Below are positions 25,320-32,000 of a stretch of 32,000 bases of DNA, piece by piece. Each line of letters opens with the position of its first letter. Within the stretch, counting starts at the first letter, position 1. The stretch is from Microcystis aeruginosa NIES-2549. GTDB lineage: Bacteria; Cyanobacteriota; Cyanobacteriia; Cyanobacteriales; Microcystaceae. The translations under genes were made by a program, and so were the position numbers. Under the pieces are notes generated by a model. That model saw only the letters and a list, made by a program, of their open reading frames with translations, was not told where the DNA came from and did no database searches. Location: positions 3,360,001 to 3,392,000 of the forward strand of contig NZ_CP011304.1 of assembly GCF_000981785.2 (NCBI RefSeq). Reading direction: 5' to 3'.

Positions 25320-26456
25320 GTGACTAACTCCTCCATCACCGCACCCGTAACCGATATTTTGGCAAAAGCGCGGTCAGGGGCGGATTTATCGGCGAAAGAA
25401 GCGATTATCTTGCTAGAAACTACCGATAACCGTTTAATTGCCCAGATTCGGGAAACGGCCGACTTTTTGCGTCGTCAACAGGCGGGAGATACCGTCACCT
25501 ACGTTATCAATCGCAACATTAATTTTAGTAACATTTGTGAGCAGCATTGCAGTTTTTGTGCATTCAGACGCGATGAAAACGAAGAGGGGGCTTTCTGGCT
25601 TAATTTAGAGGAAATTATCGCTAAAGCGGCGGATGCCGTCCGTCGTGGGGCGACAGAAATTTGTATGCAGGGAGGATTAAACCCAAAAGCCAAGATTAAG
25701 GGCAATTCCTTAGACTATTACCTCGAAATTGTTAAAAACCTGAAACAAGCCTTTCCTGACCTGCATTTACACGCTTTTTCACCCCAAGAAGTCCAATTTA
25801 TCGCTAGAGAAGACGGTTTAAGTTACGAAAAAGTTATCGCTTCCCTGCAAGAAGCAGGAGTGAATTCTCTGCCGGGGACGGCTGCCGAGGTGTTGGTGGA
25901 TGAGGTAAGACGGGTAATTTGTCCAGAAAAAATCGATGCCGCCACTTGGTTAGAAATAGTCGGTACTGCCCATCGCTTAGGATTACATACCACCAGTACC
26001 ATGCTCTGCGGTCATATTGAAACCCCTAGCCAACAGGTGCAGCACCTCGAAAAAATTAGAAAACAGCAAGAAATCGCCCTAGAAAATAATTATCGGGCTA
26101 AAATCACCGAATTTATTTTATTGCCTTTTGTGGGACAATCAGCCCCCAAACCCCTGAGAAATCGAGTCGGACGAGATCAACCAATTTTAGCCGATACATT
26201 AAAATTAACAGCAGTGGCGCGGATTTATTTGGGCAATAGCATTAAAAATCATCAACCCAGTTGGGTAAAATTGGGCTTACAGGGGGCGACAGAAGCCTTA
26301 AACTGGGGTTGCAACGATCTCGGTGGCACTCTCATGGAAGAACATATTACCACTATGGCCGGGGCCCTGGGCGGTACTTGTTTGACCGTCGAGGAGTTAG
26401 AAACGGCGATTAAATCCCTCGATCGCCCCGCCCGTCAACGGGATACAATCTATTAA
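25320..26456 (+). CDS. cofH: Radical-SAM enzyme, most likely FO (7,8-didemethyl-8-hydroxy-5-deazariboflavin) synthase subunit CofH
   Basis: 378 aa. The CxxxCxxC cluster [10 protein letters not shown] follows [13 protein letters not shown], as in the CofH/MqnC/MqnE clade. Choosing CofH within that clade is inference. GTG start. Confidence 0.7.
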   Translation: MTNSSITAPVTDILAKARSGADLSAKEAIILLETTDNRLIAQIRETADFLRRQQAGDTVTYVINRNINFSNICEQHCSFCAFRRDENEEGAFWLNLEEIIAKAADAVRRGATEICMQGGLNPKAKIKGNSLDYYLEIVKNLKQAFPDLHLHAFSPQEVQFIAREDGLSYEKVIASLQEAGVNSLPGTAAEVLVDEVRRVICPEKIDAATWLEIVGTAHRLGLHTTSTMLCGHIETPSQQVQHLEKIRKQQEIALENNYRAKITEFILLPFVGQSAPKPLRNRVGRDQPILADTLKLTAVARIYLGNSIKNHQPSWVKLGLQGATEALNWGCNDLGGTLMEEHITTMAGALGGTCLTVEELETAIKSLDRPARQRDTIY

Positions 26457-26485
26457 CTAGGACTTGCTGAATAAGTTTTTTTAGC

Positions 26486-27511
26486 TTAATCAAGCCCAAC
26501 AATCTCCCCCTTGCCGGCAATCACTTCGCCGATTTGGTAGGCATTAATCCCAGAGGATTGTAGTTGATTAATAGTCGATTGCGCCAGATCTGATGGGACA
26601 ATGATCACAAAACCGATACCCATATTAAAAGTATTAAACATGGCTTCGGAATTAACCGATCCCATCTGGGCTAACCAGTGAAAAATCGGCAAAATTGGCC
26701 AACTTTCGCGGTATATCTGCACAGAATGCCCTTTACCTAAGCAGCGGGGCAAATTTTCCGGGATGCCGCCCCCGGTAATGTGGGCCATGGCGTGAATATC
26801 TAACCCAGAGCGCAGCAGTTCTAGCACAGGTTTGACATAAAGTCTAGTAGGAGTTAACAAAACTTCACCTAAGCTAGAGCCAGCCAAAATTTCGGGGCAA
26901 TCTTGCCAATTTAAGCCCTGAGTCTCGATAATCTTACGAACAAGACTAAAACCGTTACTGTGAACCCCACTACTGGCTAAACCGATAGCCACATCGCCGA
27001 TTTGCACCTTACTGCCGTCGAGTAATTGACTTTTTTCGACAATACCGACGCAAAAACCCGCTAAATCGTACTCTCCGGCCGAATAAAACCCCGGCATCTC
27101 CGCCGTTTCCCCTCCCAAAAGAGTACAACCACTATCACGACAGGCCCTAGCGATTCCCGATACCACCGCCGCTAACTGTGACGCTTCCAGTTTACCGGTG
27201 GCGAGATAATCCAAGAAAAATAAGGGTTCGGCCCCGGAGGTTAAGACATCGTTGACGCACATGGCCACGAGGTCAATTCCCACCGTATCATGGCAATTGA
27301 GACTATGGGCAATTTTCAGCTTGGTTCCTACGCCATCAGTTCCCGATACTAACACCGGTTGCCGATAACCGGAAGGTAACTGAAAATAGCCCCCAAAACC
27401 GCCTAAACCGCCGATAACTTCAGGACGGAAGGTACTTTCCACATTTTGGCGAATTTTCTCGACAAAAGCGCGTCCCGCTTCCACATCCACGCCCGCTTCT
27501 TTATAATCCAT
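26486..27511 (-). CDS. purM: Phosphoribosylformylglycinamidine cyclo-ligase (AIR synthetase)
   Basis: [17 protein letters not shown]..., [45 protein letters not shown]. The ATG at 27511 is preferred over the track start at 27538. Confidence 0.95.
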   Translation of the reverse strand: MDYKEAGVDVEAGRAFVEKIRQNVESTFRPEVIGGLGGFGGYFQLPSGYRQPVLVSGTDGVGTKLKIAHSLNCHDTVGIDLVAMCVNDVLTSGAEPLFFLDYLATGKLEASQLAAVVSGIARACRDSGCTLLGGETAEMPGFYSAGEYDLAGFCVGIVEKSQLLDGSKVQIGDVAIGLASSGVHSNGFSLVRKIIETQGLNWQDCPEILAGSSLGEVLLTPTRLYVKPVLELLRSGLDIHAMAHITGGGIPENLPRCLGKGHSVQIYRESWPILPIFHWLAQMGSVNSEAMFNTFNMGIGFVIIVPSDLAQSTINQLQSSGINAYQIGEVIAGKGEIVGLD

Positions 27512-27752
27512 GCCCAATTGACCGATTGTAACTCTCAAATTTTACCCGGATTTCGGTCGCACTCGCTCCCTTTTCCAGTGCAAGTCGGCTAATTTTTGCC
27601 GGCACTTATGCTGGGGTTTCGGGATTTGATACTAAAATCCTGTTTAAAATGTATAAGTAAGTAATCCCAATTAATTGTTAGATAGTGGGACAGGCTTCTG
27701 GTTCTTTGTATTTTATCTTTAATTGTAACCGGCTACTTAGTTGATGATAGGT

Positions 27753-27818
27753 GGTGCGTTACGACGGATTGTTACCTTCCAGTCAAAGCAGCAATTTTTG
27801 TCGTCTAACGCACCCTAC
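27753..27818. repeat. Hairpin element, class GGTGCGTT...AACGCACC-CTAC (second copy)
   Basis: GGTGCGTTACGAC (27753-27765) pairs with GTCGTCTAACGCACC (27800-27814, one bulged C), followed by CTAC. Confidence 0.7.
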
Positions 27819-27925
27819 TGGACTGTTTCAGCTAATTTGGTGTATTAGAAAAATGCTATAAATTCTATAATCTAAGACTTTAAGCCGAAATCTATTGCCC
27901 TATTTTAGTTGAAACAGTCCACTAC
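27815..27925. mobile_element. MITE-like 111-bp element with 21-bp terminal inverted repeats (18/21)
   Basis: CTACTGGACTGTTTCAGCTAA (27815-27835) against the reverse complement of TTAGTTGAAACAGTCCACTAC (27905-27925). The interior is AT-rich and non-coding. Confidence 0.6.
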
Positions 27926-27968
27926 GTTTTACTAAACCTAACAACAATTTTTGATTTTTACAAGAGGT

Positions 27969-28700
27969 CTAATCTTCTTGGGGATATTTTTCCCAAAGAT
28001 TCGTGATTTGGCGAAGACTTTGGAAGTTGCCATTACCGAGGATCAAATGATCTAGGAGAGGAATGGCTAGATAGGTGGCCCCCTGTAATAATTGTTCTGT
28101 GAGTAAAATATCGTCTTGACTAGGCACAAGTGACCCGGTGGGGTGATTATGGGCGATAATTAACTTAGTAGCTGATTGTTTAACCACTTCTCGAAAGATT
28201 TCTCGCGGATGTACCAGTGTTTCCGTGGCTGTGCCGATAGTAATCACTTTGAGTGCGATTAACTGATTTTTGACATCGAGTAAAATAACGGCGAAACGTT
28301 CCTGAGACTGATACATTAGTTCGTGTCCAAGGATAGCGGCAGCGGTATCGGGACTATCGATAACCATTTTTTCCGTCGGTCGTCGTTGAAAAGCTCGTTT
28401 TCCCAATTCGATCGCCGCTAGAATAGTAGTAGCCTTAGCCGGTCCAATGCCATGAATAGCGGTTAATTCTTGGGGCTGAATATCCCTCAAAACGTCCAAG
28501 GGATCCCGGCGATATTTGCTCAATTCGTTGAGAATATGCTGTCCTAAACCCACTGCCGAGAGTTTCCCCTTACCTTGACCTGTAGCCAGTAAAATCGCTA
28601 ATAATTCGGCGTTACTGAGGTTTTTCGCCCCGACACTGATTAAACGTTCCCTTGGTCTTTCACTGACAGGAATATCGGCAATTCTCAGGCTGTAGGTCAT
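27969..28700 (-). CDS. radC: RadC-like JAB/MPN domain protein (UPF0758)
   Basis: 243 aa: PRERL...[14 protein letters not shown] (helix-hairpin-helix region) and the JAB motif [14 protein letters not shown]. Confidence 0.9.
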   Translation of the reverse strand: MTYSLRIADIPVSERPRERLISVGAKNLSNAELLAILLATGQGKGKLSAVGLGQHILNELSKYRRDPLDVLRDIQPQELTAIHGIGPAKATTILAAIELGKRAFQRRPTEKMVIDSPDTAAAILGHELMYQSQERFAVILLDVKNQLIALKVITIGTATETLVHPREIFREVVKQSATKLIIAHNHPTGSLVPSQDDILLTEQLLQGATYLAIPLLDHLILGNGNFQSLRQITNLWEKYPQED

Positions 28701-28790
28701 GGAAGTGGCAAGCTACCGCGATAAAATTCCATCATACAATTTTAGTCAGCGCCTAGAGGGATTTGGCCGGTTCAGGGGGAAAAATTCTCC

Positions 28791-29978
28791 TCACTGATAG
28801 CGAATTCCTGCATCTTCGAGGCGCTGTAAAGCTTCCCCTAACCGCTGGATATCGGCGATTAAACTGACGCGCACATAACCTTCCCCTCCCTCTCCAAAAG
28901 CATTGCCCGGAGTGACGACGACGCCAGTTTTTTGGAGGACGCTGAGGGCGAAATCCGTGGAAGTCATGCCGACGCTACAGGGAACCCAGAGATACATTGT
29001 CGCCTTAGAGGGGGGAATATCCCAACCTAATTGCCCCAAACCTTTGATTAAAAAATCTCGTCGCTGCCGGTATCTTTCCTGTACTTGTTTGACGTATTCA
29101 TCCGGCAGTTGTAGGGCGGTTTCGGCTGCCTTTTGGATGACGGAAAAGATGCCATAATCGAGATTAGTTTTCAGGGTGCGTAACCCTTGAATAATATCGG
29201 AATTGCCCACGACAAAACCGACGCGCCACCCGGCCATATTATAGGTTTTCGAGAGGGTATGAAATTCCACACTAATCTCTTTTGCCCCCGGAATTTCTAA
29301 TAAACTGGTGGGCTGATAACCATCAAAACTCAATTCAGCATAACAGAGATCATGGACGAGCATAATCTCATATTGCCGGGCCCAAGCAACGATTTTTTCA
29401 AAAAATTCCCGAGGGGCAACGGCGGCGGTGGGGTTACTGGGATAGTTAAAATAGAGGATTTTCGCCCGTTTAGCCACATCTTCGGGGATAGAATCGATAT
29501 CTATCAGCCAATCCTGTTCCGCTTTTAAAATGATCGGGTATAGTGTCGCCCCGGCAATCAAGGGACCGCGAAAATGGGCGGGATAGGCAGGACTGGGAAC
29601 CAAGACCACATCGCCGGGGTTAACATAAGCTAGGGCGAGGTGAGATAGGCCCTCTTTGGAACCGAGTAGGGGTAAAGCTTCGTTATCGGGATTGAGTTCC
29701 ACACCATAAGAGCGATCATACCACTTAGCGATCGCTTCTCGGAAACTGGCGGTTCCTTCAAAGGGTGGATAACCGTGAAATTGGGGGGTTTCAAAAGCTT
29801 GAATGGCCGCTTCGATAACTGGACGCGGGGCAGCACCATCCGGGTTGCCCATGCCTAAATCGATTAAATCTAGTCCTTCTTTGCGGGCTAAGGCTTTTAA
29901 TTCATCCAAGCGGGCGAAAACGTAGGGGGGTAAGGCACTTAATCGCTTGGCGCGGCTATTCGTCCAATTTACACTCAT
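28791..29978 (-). CDS. Class I/II PLP-dependent aminotransferase (AspC/AlaA-like)
   Basis: LPPYVFARLDELK..., NYPSNPT, and the PLP-lysine motif SKTYNMAGWRVGF. The ATG at 29978 (MSVNWTNS) is preferred. The track start at 30170 runs through the MITE-like element at 30076-30143. Confidence 0.9.
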   Translation of the reverse strand: MSVNWTNSRAKRLSALPPYVFARLDELKALARKEGLDLIDLGMGNPDGAAPRPVIEAAIQAFETPQFHGYPPFEGTASFREAIAKWYDRSYGVELNPDNEALPLLGSKEGLSHLALAYVNPGDVVLVPSPAYPAHFRGPLIAGATLYPIILKAEQDWLIDIDSIPEDVAKRAKILYFNYPSNPTAAVAPREFFEKIVAWARQYEIMLVHDLCYAELSFDGYQPTSLLEIPGAKEISVEFHTLSKTYNMAGWRVGFVVGNSDIIQGLRTLKTNLDYGIFSVIQKAAETALQLPDEYVKQVQERYRQRRDFLIKGLGQLGWDIPPSKATMYLWVPCSVGMTSTDFALSVLQKTGVVVTPGNAFGEGGEGYVRVSLIADIQRLGEALQRLEDAGIRYQ

Positions 29979-30075
29979 TACTTCTTGGCTTACTGATCGA
30001 GGTAATCTAACATTATGGCACGAGTGTATGGCTAATTTAGCAGTTAGGGACTTGCGCTTTGATAATGTACCTTTT

Positions 30076-30143
30076 GGGCGAACGCAGTTCGCCCCTACAT
30101 TGTGGACAAAATCCGTTACTGTAGGGGCGCAAAGCTTGCGCCC
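30076..30143. mobile_element. MITE-like twin-hairpin element: [GGGCGAAC-GCA-GTTCGCCC]CTAC ... GTAG[GGGCGCAA-AGC-TTGCGCCC]
   Basis: Hairpins at 30076-30094 and 30125-30143. The architecture matches 7175-7250. Confidence 0.75.
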
Positions 30144-30369
30144 TCCGATCGATTGGGATATTATTCCCACGCAAGTCCCTTAGTTATTAGCTGACTTCTT
30201 TGTGCTTCAGTATGGCTAGAATTGCCTGACATCGGAGATGGGGAGCCAAACTAAGGTAATCTGATTAACAGAGGCCCAAAATTACCGATTAGCCCCAGCA
30301 TTAACCCCATTCTTCGCCATTATCGGCCGGTAAGTCCTGACTCCTCACTCCTCAATTCTTTTCTCAAAT

Positions 30370-31656
30370 ATGACTGCGATTGCTGCCCAGATAACTTCTA
30401 TTTTACCCCCCGACACGACGGTTATTGCCTGGCCACAAGTGCCAAAAGAGGAACAAGAAAGATTATCAAGGGCAATTAGGGGCAAAAGTCCTGAAATTCT
30501 AGTTTATCCCGCTAATACGGCCGCTTTAGCCTCTCTGGTGCGTTTTGCCAACGAAAATCGTCTGTCTTTATTGGCCTACGGTCAAGGCAGTAAATTAGAT
30601 TGGGGTGGATTAGTCGAGTCGCCGGATATTTTAGTCAGTACCCAAAATCTCAACCGGATTATTGACCATGCTAGGGGAGATTTAACTATAACCGTGGAAG
30701 CTGGGCTTAAACTAGCAGATTTACAGGCTTTTTTGGCTCCTAGCGGTCAATTTATTCCTCTAGATCCCAGTTATGCCCATAATGCCACGATTGGCGGTAT
30801 TATGGCCACGGCCGATGCGGGAACATGGCGGCAAAGATACGGTGGTGTCCGGGATCTGATCCTAGGATTCTCCTTTATCCGTCACGATGGCGAGATTGCT
30901 AAAGCTGGAGGGCGTGTGGTCAAAAATGTGGCGGGATACGACATGATGAAGCTATTTACGGGTTCCTACGGCACTTTAGGGATTATCGATCAAATTACCC
31001 TACGACTCTATCCCGAAACTGCTAACTCAGAAACCCTGATAATTAGAGGAAATAGCGAAAATATTAGCAAATTGAGTCAATTTATTCGGCAATCGTCCTT
31101 AACTCCCACCGTGGCTGAATGTTTAAACCCAGAGATGACGCAAGCACTAGGATTAGGGGAAAAAGTCGCTTTACTGCTGCGTTTTCAAAGCATTCCCGAA
31201 AGTATTAGCGAACAATCGCAACAGGTGAGTTATTTAGGACAACAGTTAGATTGTCAGACTAATTATTATCGGGATGAGGAAGAAATTTCTCTATGGCAAA
31301 GATACCGAAAAACAATGGATAATTATGACCAAGAGGGCAATTTTTTCGGCAAAATAGGATTATTACCCAGCAATTTAGCTCTAGTTATCGACCAAATTAA
31401 CGGACTAGCCTCGATTAATATTAGTAGTGGGGTGGGTAAAGTTATCTTAAAATCGGAGGAAAATCTTGACAAAATTCGCTCTTTATGCAGCGCCAATCAG
31501 GGTTATTTAACGGTGTTAACTGCGCCTCCATCGCTAAAAGAAAAAATTGAACCTTGGGGTTATACAGGTAACGCAATTACCACGATGAAAACCCTAAAAA
31601 CTAAATTCGATCCTCAAGGTATTTTTAGTCCTAAACGCTTTCTTAACAAAATCTAA
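30370..31656 (+). CDS. glcE: Glycolate oxidase/dehydrogenase FAD-binding subunit GlcE
   Basis: 428 aa with a PCMH-type FAD-binding region (...GQGSKLDWGG..., VEAGLKLADLQ, RVVKNVAGYDMMKLFTGSYGTLG). It is followed 9 bp later by glcF. Confidence 0.85.
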   Translation: MTAIAAQITSILPPDTTVIAWPQVPKEEQERLSRAIRGKSPEILVYPANTAALASLVRFANENRLSLLAYGQGSKLDWGGLVESPDILVSTQNLNRIIDHARGDLTITVEAGLKLADLQAFLAPSGQFIPLDPSYAHNATIGGIMATADAGTWRQRYGGVRDLILGFSFIRHDGEIAKAGGRVVKNVAGYDMMKLFTGSYGTLGIIDQITLRLYPETANSETLIIRGNSENISKLSQFIRQSSLTPTVAECLNPEMTQALGLGEKVALLLRFQSIPESISEQSQQVSYLGQQLDCQTNYYRDEEEISLWQRYRKTMDNYDQEGNFFGKIGLLPSNLALVIDQINGLASINISSGVGKVILKSEENLDKIRSLCSANQGYLTVLTAPPSLKEKIEPWGYTGNAITTMKTLKTKFDPQGIFSPKRFLNKI

Positions 31657-31665
31657 TTTAAAATC

Positions 31666-32000
31666 ATGCAAACCTCCGAACATTCCGTTAACTTTCAAGA
31701 ATTAATCGACCAAAAAAATCAAGGATTTGACCCCAAGAATCCCCCCGCTCAAGAATTAATCGATAGTTGTGTTCACTGTGGTTTTTGTCTATCTACCTGT
31801 CCCAGTTATCGAGTCATTGGCAAAGAAATGGACTCCCCCCGGGGCAGAATTTATCTGATGAATGCCATCAATAAAGGGGAAGCAGTTTTAGACGAAACCA
31901 CTAGCCAACATTTTGATACTTGTTTAGGCTGTTTAGCCTGTGTTAGTACCTGTCCATCGGGAGTACAATACGATCAATTAATCGCCGCAGTTCGTCCGCA
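31666..32000 (+). CDS. glcF: Glycolate oxidase iron-sulfur subunit GlcF, N-terminal part (continues beyond the window)
   Basis: Not in the ORF track (edge). The ATG at 31666 gives MQTSEHSVNF...CVHCGFCLSTCPSY...SPRGRIYLMN...CLGCLACVSTCPSGV, two 4Fe-4S ferredoxin-type motifs. Confidence 0.88.
   Translation, partial: MQTSEHSVNFQELIDQKNQGFDPKNPPAQELIDSCVHCGFCLSTCPSYRVIGKEMDSPRGRIYLMNAINKGEAVLDETTSQHFDTCLGCLACVSTCPSGVQYDQLIAAVRP

Noticed and set aside
1-32000. tRNA, rRNA, tmRNA or RNase P RNA genes
   Set aside because: I scanned the intergenic regions by eye for T-loop (GGTTCGAATCC-like) and other hallmark motifs and found none. This is a visual scan only, so a covariance-model search would be needed for certainty.

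Overview
This is a 32-kb chromosomal window from a cyanobacterium. The call rests on psbB, acsF, thf1, zipN/ftn2, a PEP-CTERM protein, many HIP1 GCGATCGC octamers and heptanucleotide tandem arrays in most intergenic gaps. It looks Microcystis-like, but that is inference only. About 27 protein genes are credible, mostly housekeeping: psbB (partial, runs off the left edge, so absent from the ORF track), tatC, acsF, a LivJ/NatB-like binding protein, an ABC1 kinase, a PP2C phosphatase, a REC-histidine kinase plus a ~14-ankyrin-repeat protein, aat, a GT2 glycosyltransferase, pdhA, zipN, a KGG stress protein, smpB, thf1, cofH, purM, radC, an aminotransferase, glcE and glcF (partial, right edge). I saw no rRNA, tRNA or CRISPR. 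Two small accessory patches stand out. (i) At 5.1-7.4 kb, three same-orientation copies of a hairpin-bearing repeat bracket a PEP-CTERM gene and a yefM/yoeB-like toxin-antitoxin pair. The toxin (6792-7052) is missing from the ORF track because its only start is a CTG overlapping the antitoxin stop. (ii) At 15.7-17.7 kb, a two-gene glycosyltransferase cassette (one gene truncated) is bracketed by a diverged 94-bp direct duplication of the 3' end of the neighbouring gene. Several ORF-track entries are repeat or antisense artefacts, and several long ORFs are over-extended at the N-terminus, in some cases through MITE-like elements. I did not find an unambiguous novel multi-gene system. The best candidates are listed with modest interest scores.
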